From Lingula anatina (Eukaryota; Animalia; Brachiopoda): a stretch of 64,000 nt of DNA. Each line of letters opens with the position of its first letter. Position 1 is the stretch's first letter. The stretch is taken from contig CM120649.1 in NCBI GenBank assembly GCA_051362555.1, positions 6,634,001-6,698,000 of the forward strand, written 5' to 3'. The position numbers were made by a program, and so were the translations under genes. The notes below the pieces were generated by a model. That model had not been told where the DNA came from. It searched no databases and worked only from the letters and a program-made list of their open reading frames with translations. Shown here piece by piece: positions 1 through 43,189 of the stretch.

Positions 1-855
1 CAGTGCAAATGCAACTATTATTTCCGAGCGATTTTTGGACCGATTAAATCATGATTGATAAGACCGAAGCCATCGGATACTCAATATCACAAGCGGAACA
101 AAATTTGAGACTTATTTCGCCTTATTCCCAAGATAACAATTGCGCTGTCGTATTCTATGGAGATATGGATACATTCAACGCAAACTGATGACCAAACAAT
201 TGCCAACTGATTGGTGAAGTTCCCATATGACGCAGCTGAAATGTATACTGGGTATTTGACACACACACAAACAAATCCAAAGAACCGGAAATTTCAAGGT
301 AGGTAGTGCCATTACGTCCAATAAACAAGCGTTTGACGGTGGGAATTGTCATTCAAGTGACTTCAAAGTCAAAGGGAAATGGAGGAAACATATTGGAAAC
401 TCGTTTTAGAACGACACCGTTCGTCAAGGTATAAAAGCCACATAGGTATGGTAAAACGAACACTTTACAATGTGACGCTGTCATCAGAATTTAGAGTCGA
501 GTAAACACGGAATTTCGGTTGTTGCTTCAGCCTTACGAAGAAAGTTTGGATATTCTTTCAAGAAGGAGTCTTGTTAAAAGAAAATACTGGATTTCTAGTT
601 TGACAGAAATGCTCATTGTGAGTTAAAGGACTACGTAACAAGCGGATACCGTTGGTACATTGGTGATCTGTGTACAGCAAAAGTTTGGTCCATAAAAAAA
701 AGCCGGTTGTCAAAGCGGACCATGGACCACTTGATGTATTAATCAAAAACAAAGTCTTGAGCAATAACTCTGCTGCAGTCTGAAAAATAAAAAACAATAA
801 ACAATAAAGGACCGAAAAGCAAAAGGTAAATTCCCCCAGGAAATTATTCTTGACA

Positions 856-2052
856 ATGCATAATAATACGAGCACCTGTGCGAGTACAAACATTACAGTG
901 GCATCTGTTGATGAACATGGCGACCACTTTGCGTTCGCAGTGGACACGGTCTTGACGGGCTGCGTGTGTTTCGTGGGCATCGTGGTCAACATGCTGACGT
1001 TCGCCGTCCTATGGGTGGACCGTCTGCGCTCGTCCACCTTCTACTTTCTCCTCGCCCTTTCTGTCGCCGACACCTTTTACTTAGTTCACGCGCTCCTCTT
1101 CCAGTTCTTCCGGTCAATATACCCAAAGACCGGTCTCCTGCAGGGTTACTTCCGTGCTTGGCCCTACATCGAGCCGTTTGAATATCCGCTCGGCATGATG
1201 GCGCTGACAGCCTCGATTTGGATCATCATGATGGTCGCCGTAGATCGGTATGTCGCCATTGCCCATCCGTTCAAAATTAGCAATTGGAGTACAGCTGGAC
1301 GAAATCGGTTGAAGCTGACGGTGCTCATTTTGGTTGATGTTGTATTTAACTCTCTTTGGTTCTTCCGTCAGAGGACGGAAAAGACGTGGAACGAATGCAC
1401 TCACAGCATGGAAGTGAGGGTAGTTCCTTTTGCAATAGGGTTGCATCAAGGAACGCGCATGGCTCATTCAATTTCTTTCCTCACGTTTGTATATGGCATT
1501 CCTCTACTCGTTTTACTCATTAGCAGTTTCCTCCTCGTTAATACGCTTCGTCAAAATCGGTCAGAGCGGCAGCAGCTCTCTCATTCCTTCCAGTCGATAA
1601 AGATTCGGGAAAGAGAGGGAAGAATCACCGCCATGTTGATCGTGATCGTAATACTCTATCTCCTTTGCCAGACCCCGGTGTTCGTGAACCACATTTTGTA
1701 CGCACAGGAGGGACGCGTGGACTTGGGACCTAATCATAGGTACTACAACATCATCACCAACTTCCTAGTCGCCTTTAACTCCGCCTTCAACTTCTTCGTG
1801 TACTACATCTTCGTTCGGGGGTTCAGAAAACGGTCCAAGGATGTCCTGTGCTGCTGCTGCCATGGAAACGGACCGATGACGTCAGCAAGCACACTGCAAA
1901 GGTCGACCGTGATGTCGTACAGTGTGATGACGGTGGATTCTAGGTGTGCATGTACGAGCGTTATGGAATTGACAGACGTTGCCGGGGAAACCAGCATGAA
2001 CAAATTTGGCGGAATTAGCAATCTAGCACCGCCGTGTATTATGCCAGAGTAA
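856..2052 (+). CDS. Intronless rhodopsin-like (class A) GPCR, FMRFamide/sex-peptide-receptor-like group, 398 aa
   Basis: Single ORF with 7 hydrophobic segments, N-terminal N-glycosylation sequons (NNT, NTS, NIT), TM2 LSVAD, DRY after TM3, TM6 CQTP, TM7 NSAFNFFVY and a CCCC cluster after helix 8. The track starts at TTG 850; the first ATG is at 856. Ligand cannot be assigned. Confidence 0.9.
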   Translation: MHNNTSTCASTNITVASVDEHGDHFAFAVDTVLTGCVCFVGIVVNMLTFAVLWVDRLRSSTFYFLLALSVADTFYLVHALLFQFFRSIYPKTGLLQGYFRAWPYIEPFEYPLGMMALTASIWIIMMVAVDRYVAIAHPFKISNWSTAGRNRLKLTVLILVDVVFNSLWFFRQRTEKTWNECTHSMEVRVVPFAIGLHQGTRMAHSISFLTFVYGIPLLVLLISSFLLVNTLRQNRSERQQLSHSFQSIKIREREGRITAMLIVIVILYLLCQTPVFVNHILYAQEGRVDLGPNHRYYNIITNFLVAFNSAFNFFVYYIFVRGFRKRSKDVLCCCCHGNGPMTSASTLQRSTVMSYSVMTVDSRCACTSVMELTDVAGETSMNKFGGISNLAPPCIMPE

Positions 2053-2525
2053 TTGCTTCTTTGTACAAATAAGTGTGTAAAACCAAGTTCGTACACATAC
2101 AGTGACATTAAGTATTTGTACACACTTGCAGACTAACCGCACATCCTGCATTTTGGCAAATTATATCAAATCGATTGTATTGTCATACACGCATCTACAG
2201 GATAGACAACAAAGGTTAGTACTTTTCAGCTTGATGTGCGTGTGAAAGATATTAAAATGAGACACCCTGAAAATGAGATCTCCTTTCTCTGACTTCTCTT
2301 TGATGTGTTCATCTTTGAGTTTTTAGACAAAATGGCTTAAATCTTAATCAAACACTGTCGTGTCAAAAGAATTATGTGCAATCGATGCAATTTTCAGTCT
2401 AATTCAATATACTCCCTTTTGCCATAAAGATCTGACATCGGAATAAATTTGGGTTTATTAGTAGGCCTATATAGGCCTACTTTATCGTGTTTCATTTTTG
2501 TTAATAATTTTTTAGAAAAAGGGTT

Positions 2526-2608
2526 TACCAGAAGTGGGGTTCGAACCCACGCGGACATTTGTCCATTGGATCTTAAGTCCAACGCCTTAACCACTCGGCC
2601 ATCCTGGT
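2526..2608 (-). tRNA. tRNA-Leu, anticodon TAA
   Basis: Minus strand reads ACCAGGATGGCCGAGTGGTTAAGGCGTTGGACTTAAGATCCAATGGACAAATGTCCGCGTGGGTTCGAACCCCACTTCTGGTA (83 nt). A and B boxes, long variable arm, and a T5 Pol III terminator at 2516-2520. Confidence 0.97.
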
Positions 2609-3019
2609 CTGTTTCCTAGAGTCTGTATGACATAATTTTTCCCATGCAAATGTTCATCTGAACGCTTTCTTTCCTAAAAGATGCATTTTCTCTGTGTAAT
2701 AGTATAAACTTAATTTTTGCAGTCACCTAGATTAGGAGATAATCACTGTGTGAAGTAATATTTTTTAATCATTGAAGGGAAAATTAACGAGAACGTGCGC
2801 CTACCTTTGATGTTTCCTCAATGTTTTTTCATTTATTATTTTATTAATTTTTTTGCGTCGATTAAACTCATTTATATGTTTCAGCTTATGGCTAAGTCTC
2901 AATAATGTATCAATGAAAAAAGTCTCAATAATGTTTTAACCTAAAAGTCGCCAATTATGTTTAATGGAAAGAACCTACATGAAAGTCTTATTTGATTAGG
3001 TGTTACAGCCATAGGAAGC

Positions 3020-5025
3020 TTATTTCTTAGCCACTACCACATAACATTGAGCAGAATCTGAAAGACCAGCCATTGGTGGAGCTTGAAAGCTATGCCACGA
3101 AATATCTTTCAGGCCCACCTTTTCCAATGCTTTGATGACATCATTTTTCTCAACAGACAAGGAACTAAAGTGAACATCACCACATTTGAAAATGCTTTGA
3201 CCAACAGCATTCAGTAGAATGAGTACTCCGCCTTCTCTAAGTAATGACGTCACATTTCTTATTACACGACAAAACTCTTCTTCATCTGCGCATGTTTCCT
3301 CTAGGCAAAAGAAGCTTGTGACGCAATCAAAGGGTTGACACGTCACCGGATGTAGCGGGTTGTCGTTATGTACGTCACAATCGTAAATCGCAGACATCTT
3401 TCTGCGGAAATTCTCTCTGTCTTCCTCCCACTTGGTTCTGGTAATGGAAAGAAAGCACATTTTAGGCAAAAGCGCGTCTGTGAAAGTTGACGTTTTAATT
3501 GCCAGTGGCAAAACCATTACAAAATATGTAGTTAAATTACAATAACACATTATGGATTGCATTCAAATTATCATTGGGGGTATCTCAAATTTGTTGTTGT
3601 TTTTTTCTTCTTCTTTTTTCACCTGATATATGATCCCTTTCTAACCTCAGCAGGTTATAATCAATGGCGGTTTCATGAATCCAACATGAAGATCACTTAA
3701 CCGATGACATATGCGTTTGTCACAAGGCATTTCAAGGTTTAAATATCTTGTGACATTTTAGTAGGTGGAGGCCTTTAAACTGGCATTTTTGAGCTAGGCT
3801 TTGGTGAATATTAGAATGAAATAAAAGAACTGTATTGCTTCTATAAGAGTTACTAATACGATACATACACATCGCCCTCTAGAGCTGCCACATATTTAAA
3901 AGCCGGGTCCCAGTCAAATGCATCCACGTCGTTATTCTTCCATTTTTTCAACGCGTCTCTGTTGCCGGGTGCGTAGTCGCTGAAAATCAACTCGTTGAAC
4001 CACTTTGCGGCACTGATATGATTGCTAACTACAGGCCCGCTGCCCAAATCTAGCAGACGATCTCCGTTAATGTCCCCTGAAATAAGGTGACTAACATGTA
4101 TAATCAATTAAAAGAGATATGATTGATAGCGTTTGTTTCACACCTATTATACGAGTATGTAACCCTTTGGGGCAATTTCCGACACCGGACATATAATTTG
4201 TAACCTCGTGACCCATTAATAATTGAAAAATAATCGTATTTTATATATTGATCTCATGAATTGTCCACATTTTCTACTTTTTCAGGGTGTTTTTAAACAA
4301 AAAGTATGTTGTTTTGAATTTTAAGTCATACCTACACTGTACAAAGACAAATATTAAATGCGCTTATGATCATGCATAACATGTACGTAATTCTTTCTTA
4401 CCACCTTCTGAAACCAGGGCTTCTAAAGTAGTATACAATATTAAAGTATCAGCGATATAATAAAGCTCAGTTTTGGATACATTTTGTCTAGGTATAGGCC
4501 TATTAAGATTTTATATGTGCACTAAGTACACTAAGGTTCCTATAGCAGGAAAGGCGAGTGTACCGGAAACACTTAACGGAACGTGACAAGAGATAGCAGG
4601 TTGCTGGCTACCCTCTACAGATTGATTTTCCACAGATATGTCTCTAGATAAAAAGACAGTACAAGGTGACAACAGACCAAAATGACCGTCTATTTATCTA
4701 GAGACATATCTATGATTATCTGTGGAAAATCAATCTGTCGCCCTGGTAGAGGGTAGTTGCTGGCTACGTTTACGTATACGTAGCAATCTAGCTGTCGTAT
4801 CCCACCGGCACCGGAAACGCTATGTTTTTGTAACAGACTGCTGGTGATCAGAGAGTACATGCATTTCTTACCAGTGTTGAACAAACTGTAAAGGAAATCC
4901 TTTATAACGGCTGACTGTGGTACCCCTGGCCCATAATAATCGTCCAGATAGACTTGTGGATCAAACATGGATTTGTAATCCACGCCGCGACGTAGAACTT
5001 TGTCCGAATATCCTTGGTTTGCCAT
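3020..5025 (-). CDS. NNMT/INMT/PNMT-family SAM-dependent methyltransferase, copy 1 (259 aa)
   Basis: Exons 5025-4872, 4076-3869, 3437-3020 (154/208/418 nt), GT-AG, in frame. Motifs FDPQVYLDDYY, LLDLGSGP, FSDY, FDW, FFCLE, LLREGGVLIL. Confidence 0.92.
4609..4755. mobile_element. 147-bp MITE with 9-bp TSD (Mutator-like)
   Basis: Ends TACCCTCTAC...GTAGAGGGTA, internally palindromic. GTTGCTGGC duplicated at 4600-4608 and 4756-4764. Absent from the paralogous intron of copy 2. Confidence 0.85.
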
Positions 5026-6101
5026 GATATGGCTGTGCAGGGCGACGTTACGACACGGTCTCTTTGTCTAGCTAATTGTAATATTGTACAACTGACTAGT
5101 AGCTCAATGTCACCTTATATGACCGACAAGAAGACTGTTATATAAATAGTACTGTACAAACTTCAGTATGACCTACAACTACTTACAGTGCATGTAGGTC
5201 ATTACCCAAACATTATTTATAGTATTTATAGTTCCAAGGCATGCTTCAGGAAGTCACACTGGGATCGGGATAGGGGCATACGTTGCTAGGTTTTTATAAA
5301 CATTCTAAATACAGTCTTAATAGAACAGCGGGTAGATTGCAAGGGATTGAATTTGAATATTTTGTACACCTTCTGGTGATGGTTTGATAAGGTTAAAACA
5401 ACATGTCCTGACCCCCCCTTTCGATTTCCGAAAAAATCGCATCAGTGTTCCCCTCTTGAAATTAGAATTTGACTAGCTGAATCATATACACTGTAGTTCT
5501 AAACCGTACTAAATATAAACGGCACCATTCGCCCTCTAAATTATCAAATTTCGGGGGGGGGGGTCGGCTTCGCATCCAATGACCCCCTTTCAAATAATCC
5601 TGGATTCGCCTCTGTAGTAGGCTATCTGATTAAAGGGTTAACAATTCTTTATATGAAATTCTAAATTCCACAACAAATACAACGCATACAAATATAGCGA
5701 ATTCCCATTTATACCACTAAAACGGCGGGTATCGCAATTATTCTCAAATCTGAGCTTGTCATCGGACCTTCATAGATTATTGCAAAAAAAAAAAAAAACA
5801 CACTTTAAAAAAGCAATCAACTAACTTTGAAGTTTGAACAAGATTCATTTTAATAAAACCATTGGAAAAGTATGGGAAAATTATAGTTTACCCCAGGACA
5901 ATCCGTAAAAGGTACTCTTCCCTCCAAAATGAAGAGTTGCTATTCCTCATATTATACCAACTCGACATTGAGTGTGCCGCCTGGTGGCAGGGCGTGTAGT
6001 GTATATTAGAGAATCCGACATTTAAACTCTCTACAGGTGCAGGAATATATGTATATGAAATATTCTTGTAATCAGTAATAAAGACTGATGTTATGTTTAT
6101 C

Positions 6102-6591
6102 CAGGGCCGTAGCCTCCGGGGGGGGGGGGGGGGGGGAGGGGGGGGGGGCAGGGGGGCAACTGCCCCCCCTGGGGTTTGAGGTGTCAAAAAAATAATCGCA
6201 AAGGTTAAAAAAAATAATTGCAAAGTTGGTATCAATTATGTGAGAAAATGCACTCATGGCCACTAGACAATCATTCAACAATCTGTTTACAAAGGTGTAC
6301 TGTTTTTAGCCTACTCAGTTCATGCTAAAAAGCTCACCCTCCCTTAGAAAGCTATCCCCCAGGCCAATGGCGTGTTGTGTTGAAAAAATGACTGTACTTA
6401 TGGCAAAATGAACCCTCAATTTCTGACTTTTGATTGAGCAATAAATAACAGTTAAAATGCACGAGAATGCAGTATTCTACATACAGTTTTTAAAAATTTT
6501 CCACCCCCATCCCCCCTCGGGACCTTAGCACCCTCGTGTTCGCTTACTGCCCCCCCCCCCCCCCTGGCATTTTGCTCAGGCTACGGCCCTG
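6102..6591. mobile_element. Non-autonomous DNA transposon, 490 bp
   Basis: 14-bp TIR CAGGGCCGTAGCCT/AGGCTACGGCCCTG with subterminal G/C runs. TTATC duplicated on both sides. Absent from the paralogous site near 10140. Confidence 0.8.
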
Positions 6592-6834
6592 TTATCACAT
6601 TTGTTTAGAAGATGAAATCCACATTTAATACGTTGCCAAGCAAGCTAATTCTCAACAGTCCATTGCAAATAAAGGAAGCTAACATTGGCATTAATTCTTT
6701 TCAATTACTGGCTTTTTGTCATATGCTCGTGTGTGCTTGAAAAAGTTGTTAAACATTTTTTCCAACGTTAGTGGGGAAATTTCGTTTGTTGGAACCTAAC
6801 TCTTATTTGATTAGATGTCACAACCATAGGAAGC

Positions 6835-9345
6835 TTATTTCTTAGCCACTACCACATAACATTGAGCAGAATCTGAAAGACCAGCCATTGGTGGAGCTTG
6901 AAAGCTATTCCACGAAATATCTGTCAAGCCCACCTTTTCCAATGCTTTGATGACATCTTTTTTCTCAACAGACAATGAACTAAAGTGAACATCACCACAT
7001 TTGTAAAAGCTTTGACCAACAGCATTGAGTAGAATGAGCACTCCGCCTTTTTTGAGTAATGACGTCACATTTCTTATTACACGACAAAACTCGTCTTCGT
7101 CTGCGCATGTTTCCTCTAGGCAAAAGAAGCTTGTGACGCAGTCAAAGGGTTGACACGTCACCGGATGTAGCGGGTTTTCGTTATGCACGTCACAATCGTA
7201 TATCGCAGCCATCTTTCTGCGGAAATTCTCTCTATCTGTCTTCCATCTAGTTCTGACAATAGAAAGAAAGCGCAGTTTTTAGGCAAAAGCGCGTCTAAAA
7301 TGCCATTTCAGTTGAAACTTTTATGTATCAGTTGCAAAATTATTACGAAATATGTAGTTAAATACTCAAACTAGTTATAGGGGGTGCTATGTAAATTCTT
7401 TTTTACCTTATATAAGGTCCTTTTTCTAACCCAGCCTGTCATCAAACTTGAAGTTCACTTAACCGATGACATACATGTATGCTTTTGTCACCAGGCATTA
7501 TAAGGTTTAAATATCTCGTGACTTTTAAGTAGGTGGTGAACTTTAAACTGGTATTTTTTTAGCTAGGCTTTGGGGAATAGTAAAATGAAATTAAAGAACT
7601 GTATTGCTTCTATAAGAGTTACTATTACGATACGTACACATCACCCTCTAGAGCTGCCACAAATTTAAAAGCAGGATCCCAGTCAAACGCATCCACGTCG
7701 TTATTCTTCCATTTCCTCAACGCGTCTCTGTTGCCGGGTGCGTAGTCGCTGAAGATCAACTCGTTAAACCACTTAGCGGCACTGATGTGATTGCTAATGA
7801 CAGGCCCGCTGCCCAAGTCTAGCAGACGATCTCCGTGAATGTCTCCTGAAATAAGGTGACTAACATGTAAAGCGATACAATAAAGGTCAGTTTTGGATGA
7901 AATTTGTCTGTGAACAGTAAGTTTTTATATGTACACTAAGTACACTTAAAGTCGAGCGTACCAGAACACATAACGGAAAGTGAAAAGAGATAGCTGGTTC
8001 CTGGCACGTTAACGTATACTTCGGTAGCCGTATGCGTATCAAACTAGCCATCGTATCCGAGGGTAAGGAATACCCCCCTCCCCCCCCTTAATCACCAATC
8101 ACAAAGAATTAAAACAGGTCAATCACCAATCACTTGCTAGTGAAAATTTGGGCTCAAATAACACATCACGCTCGAAAAATAAGGCCAATCACGCGTAACG
8201 CAAAAGGTAGCCTATTCCCTACCCACGTATCCCGTCGTCACCAGAAACTCTAATTTTGTAAACAGACTGCTAGTGTATTTCTTAGGCCATCCTCTGGGAA
8301 CCCCAAAATCGGTGCGAGAGGGCCAAAAAAAAAAAAAAAAAAACAGCCCAAATATATATATATATATATATATATATAGGCCTACTGCTTAAGTAAAGGA
8401 ATGCTGTCAGTACACAGCTGGAAACACAAATTCACAACAGAAACACTATGTCTTTATCCATGCTCTCAAAATATTGAAGCATTGTGTATACTTCGTAGAA
8501 AGGTTTAAAAAAAAGTCATGAATAGATATGCTGCATATTACCAAATTTATTTAAGGTTATTTCATGCATTTTGTTGGTATAGCAATCAATAAAACAAATA
8601 GGCTATCAAACAAACAGTGTGTCTTTGTAGGCCTACTCTCTGAATATTAAAGCATTATGAACACTTCAAAGAAATCTTCCAAAAAAGATGCAAAGATATG
8701 CTTAATACTACCAAATCTATTGATGGCCATTTTGGTCGATGCCATTTTGTCTACTTCGACTCACACGAAGCAGCCAAACCGTTGGGTGACCTGGCCGACC
8801 TTCAGCCGACCCTTTTTTCGCTACAAAAATTTGGTGCTGATTTGGACATAATTTTCCAGGTGATAATCGCTGGCCGCCGCCAGCCTTTCGTACAGTATAG
8901 GCCTACTTGTAAAAAGGTGATATCTCCATGGCCAATATCAATGGCATACCAATCCAAAACGACGGTCCCCGTTCTCTTTATGACTTTAATTGAAGTGTAA
9001 TTTGAAAGTATTCCTAGAGATGAATTTGACGGCAAAGCGGATGCGCATGCGCAGAAAGCTCATTTTCCGGCAAATTTAATAACATCGTTTGCGACAACTG
9101 ACTTCGTTGGTGGTGATTTTTTTTTTCGGAGAACGGACGAAAATCGGTTCGCAGGATGTTATCCATAAAAATAAAAAAAATGTGGCCTTACCAGCGTTGA
9201 ACAAACTGTGAAGAAAATTCTTTGTAACCGCTGACTGGGGTTCCCCTGGCCCATAATAATCGTTCAGAAAGGCTCGTGGATCAAACATGGATTTGTAATC
9301 CACGCCGCTGTGCAGAACTTTTTCCCGATGTGCACGGTCTGCCAT
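6835..9345 (-). CDS. NNMT/INMT/PNMT-family methyltransferase, copy 2 (259 aa)
   Basis: Exons 9345-9192, 7845-7638, 7252-6835 (154/208/418 nt), GT-AG, intact frame, highly similar to copy 1. Confidence 0.92.
8059..8225. mobile_element. Short MITE-like insertion in intron 1 of copy 2
   Basis: Imperfect TIR GGGTAAGGAATA/TATTCCCTACCC, flanked by repeated CGTATCC. Absent from copy 1. Confidence 0.55.
8285..9187. mobile_element. 903-bp non-autonomous DNA transposon, PIF/Harbinger-like
   Basis: TTA TSD (8282-8284, 9188-9190) and termini GGCCA...TGGCC. Copy 1 shows the empty site TTTCTTACCAG. Confidence 0.75.
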
Positions 9346-10877
9346 GATATGTCTGTGCGGTCCAACGTTACGACACGGTTTTTGTGATAACTCTTTGTTA
9401 TATTGTACTACTGACTACTAGCTCAATGCCACCTTATAGGACCGACAACAAGACTGTTGTATAAATAGTATTGCGCTGATTCATGTCACTTTACCCGCCC
9501 ATCATTATTTATAGTTACGTAGCCAGTACCAACGCATCATGATCATTCAAAGCATGCTTCAGGGAGACAGGGAGCGACAGTCATGTATGCGTTGCAACTT
9601 TTTTACATCCCAAACATAAGATAGTTTGAAAGAAATGGAATTTGAATTTTTTGTTCACCTTCTGGTGATAGTTTGAAATGGTTAAAAAGGGGAGGAGAAG
9701 GTTATCTGATTAAGGGGATAACAACTATTCATATGAGGTTCATAATTTCACAATAAATTCATTGTACACAACACATAGAAACATAAATTCCATTTTATCA
9801 CTTATGCAGAGTTTATAAAAAACACACACTAAAAAAATCTACTACATGCGAATTTCAGAACGGACCAATTAATCATTGGAAAGTATGGGGAAATTGTCGT
9901 TTACCCCAGGTAAATGCGTTTTATGGCACTTTTCCCGACAAAATGAACAGTTGTCATCTGTTAAATAGGCTGTGTCGACAATGAGGAGCGCACATACATG
10001 TACATGTAGTGTGTGTGTGTGCCACCGGATAGCAGGGCGTATAGTGTATATTAGAGAATCCGATTTTTAAATCCTGCAAATGTGCAGGAATATTTGAAGT
10101 ATCCTTGGTATGAAAAGTAATGACTGATATTATGTTTATCGGCTAACATTGGCATTAATTCTTTTCAATAACTGTTTTTATTTTATATATATATATATAT
10201 TTTTTTTGTTTTTTTTTTGGTCACATGTTCATGTGTGCTTGGAAAGGTTGCTCAACATTTTACCAACTTCAGTGGGGAAATTTCGTTTGTTTCCTGGGCT
10301 AACGTAATGATATTATGCGTAAAGTCGCATTATATGTTACACGCATGATGGTGTTTCGACACAACTTGTCCCATATGCCAAACAACTTGGTTGCGCAGAC
10401 GCTGGGCCACCCGCTGTTGCTTGTTGGGTTAACGTATGCTGTCGACGCCAAATACAAGTCTGAGTGTCCCGCCGCGCGACGTATTTGTAATCAAAATTCA
10501 ACTTTTTAATTACTCTACTTTTAAAAACAGTTTACGTTTGACTAAATTTCGGTGTAAAACCGGCACAATTTTTCATTTATCATAGCTGTACACATAATGT
10601 ATAATGCAACAAGAATTCCACCACAATTCCATGCATCTTTATTTTTCCCACGTCTGCACACTAACCATCCCCTCATACTTCTTTACATTACTACATTACT
10701 TATAAGGCGTTTAACCACTGTACATCTAGATCCAGCTAGATATAGCTTGGACATAATGACGAGATTCGTAATTTTGTCCATGGATAAAGGAACAACACTG
10801 TCAACAGGTACCTGACGCGGTGCATGATTATAGTACTGTAGCATAGAGTAGCTGTTACTACTGTTGTTACTAGACAA

Positions 10878-10912
<35 letters not shown>

Positions 10913-11404
10913 ATATAACTTAGACATTTATTTATTTTTAAAATTTTCACTTTTAATCGTCCCCGACTTTGATTCTGAAATAAAAAACCTTGCAATGAAC
11001 TGAAAATAAAACATAATCATAAATAACCCGATAAATACAACTACAATGAATCATACCATATTAGCTACCCTCAATGCTACACGGAAAGCACGCACGTGTC
11101 GTCAAATCAACCCACTGCTACTTTCATTCGTCGTACAAGTTCCAAATGTGACGTAAAATCAGGCCGATCTCTGGTATTAGATTACCTGACTGTTCTTGGC
11201 CACATAAAATATCAAATGTTGAAAAAGAGCATTTGACAATTAAAATGTAGAGATATCTTTCTAATATGGAGAAAGATAAGAGTGTTTGTGGCAGCACTTT
11301 AGTTCAGAATATTTTGTAAGCCTGGGTCCATTTCTTAGTGCTATATACTGTAAACTTGAACAAGTTTGTAAATAAAGAAATAATCAATCTCTAAGCAATT
11401 AATT

Positions 11405-11767
11405 CTGGGGCCAGTTTCACAAATAAAGCTTCAGACGAAAATGCCCTTAACTTTAAGATGCATTTTTTTTTTCAGTTACAGTTTAGGAAAAATGTAAACT
11501 CCCCTAAAAATAAAGTTACCAACTAATGCCCCAAAATACATGTATTAGCCACATCGTGCCATTATAAAAAGGTGCACTTTTCCATTATATTGGACATTTA
11601 TGTTGATTTATCTTGGCTAAAAGCTGACAAAAATTTGGTCTAACACGTGTCATTCAGTTAAGCTGATTGCACTCAGCAAGTGTCCCCACAGAGATGTGTC
11701 AATGTACATAGACCGTTGGTGTCTACAGGAATGGGCCCTAAAGTTCTTTCGTGAAAGAGGCCCCCTG
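11405..11767. mobile_element. Degenerate TIR element
   Basis: CTGGGGCCAGTTTCACAAA at the left end, TTTCGTGAAAGAGGCCCC at the right end. No clear TSD. Confidence 0.5.
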
Positions 11768-13537
11768 GTGGTTTCTTAAATAATACAATTCATAATCATT
11801 ACTATGTTATACAGAAAAAAATCCCTCAAGGCTAGGAAAATAATTCACACCCATGGGGACGTATTGCACATTATACATCACTGTGACAATAAATTAAAAT
11901 AGTCTAACAAGTCATCATTCACAATACTTTGGAGTATTCTTGAAACCTCAGTGATTACTCTCGAATGGTTACAACGTAAACCTTCAACAGACTAACTAAT
12001 GTGACAGAGATAGAACATAAAAATATAACATGAATACTACAACAATTGTATGAAGTCATAAACAGTAAAAGGGGATTCATTAAAGCTCTACAACAACACC
12101 TGATATGTGAACTAAAAATTACAGTGTAAAATTTACCTATTCCAATTTCTACACAGATGTAACATTTCACTTTAGCACTTAACAGTTAACACTTAATTAC
12201 ATTTCTGTATCTACTACATGTACCTGTATATGGCACATATAGCAGAATCTGATATATGTAAATACAAGTGCCAATATATATTTTCTGTGCTACTTTCATA
12301 TCTGAAAATGGAAATTGTTTGACCCAAGCTCAAAAATAGAAAAAATATAGTAAAACCTCTTCTTATGACTTGTACTCAACAATTCATGGCATCCTAGTCT
12401 CAATCAGGCAAAATTCGGTATATGTTTGTAAGCAGATCCATCCTTCCAAAGTATATAAAATACGGCTATAAATCATTTATGTTTGGTGTACATAATTACC
12501 TTAAGACTAATTGTTATTGACGTGCATGTGTGCGTGCGTGTGTGTATGTGGGGGTGTTCACATGCATGCATGTGCTTATATTTACTCGTCAGTGGTGGGT
12601 TAGAATACATTGCCAAGTTTTATAGCCAATTTGGCTCGGTGTCCATGTTAATTTAAAACCAAAAAACATTTACATGTGTGTTTGTGTACCACGTATGCAT
12701 GTGTGTTCATGTATATACTGTATTTCCTTAACCACATGGCAGGTCAAGACCACACCCCAAAGTTTACGACTAGCTTGATTGAGAAAAACCTTCGAATAAA
12801 AAACACAAACTGAAGCAATCTAGACATAACGACAAGAATAAATCTAGTTGTCAACTAACATAAAAAATGGTTTGAAGACACAAAGTGTGTCAACAACCAC
12901 AGTGTAAATGCTGCTTAATAATGCAAACTAGCAATATAAAATATATATTTCACATGAGCCCAATAACTATTTAAACTAAAAAGCATAAATGTATGACTTC
13001 TATTGAGATCTACATGTTAAGATATGGCATTTTACAGATTAATATAAAGGAAAAACTACAATAACTAAAACACTTCTCCGCATTTCTCAGGTAAACCCTT
13101 CCTCCGATGGGTAAATTAAATCCAATGAATAAAAATAAAAATTAAATTAAATAAAATGGATAAATTTTTTCTAGGGACCTTCTGCAGCAGCTAATATTGC
13201 TGCCAAAGTGAGGCAGTGACCTACATGGACCATCAAGGTCACTGGTTGAGATAAGGCAGGGAGAGCAATTGCGTTAGGAGAGACTCGTCACAATCTCATC
13301 TCTCATTCTAACTTACTATATGACACATAACGAATCGTTTCCTCTCCACTGCTGGGTTTTACACAAAAGTGTACTGTCATGACTTCAGATCTTTTTCCCT
13401 CAGATCTCCGGAAATTCGTCAGTCAACAAAGATTTTGTATCCTCCTGAACCTAGTTCTTCTCACTCAGTTATCCAGCATATTCTACGTAAAGCAACTGTG
13501 AAGACAAAATGTCACGGGCCTTTTTTTTTCAAATTAC

Positions 13538-13613
13538 TTGTAATTTCAGCCATTTGTAATTTCAGCCATGTCTTTACTCAGACTCTGAATCACTTGTAAT
13601 TTCAGGCATGTCT

Positions 13614-13633
<20 letters not shown>
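13538..13633. repeat. 40-bp tandem duplication spanning the NALCN stop codon
   Basis: TTGTAATTTCAGCCATGTCTTTACTCAGACTCTGAATCAC at 13554-13593, near-identical copy at 13594-13633, partial copy at 13538. Confidence 0.85.

Positions 13634-43189
<29,556 letters not shown>

Larger units (their letters stand above)
2970..10291. repeat. Tandem segmental duplication carrying the two methyltransferase genes (junction near 6790)
   Basis: Introns, upstream DNA and 3' flank align between about 2970-6790 and 6791-10291. Both units end in GTGGGGAAATTTCGTTTGTT. Confidence 0.85.

Noticed and set aside
558-1467. ORFs overlapping the GPCR (558-1037, 966-1181, 1114-1467)
   Set aside because: Shadow frames of a GC-richer coding region; no recognisable protein features.
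5888-6281. Polyproline ORFs
   Set aside because: Produced by the G-run inside the transposon at 6102-6591.
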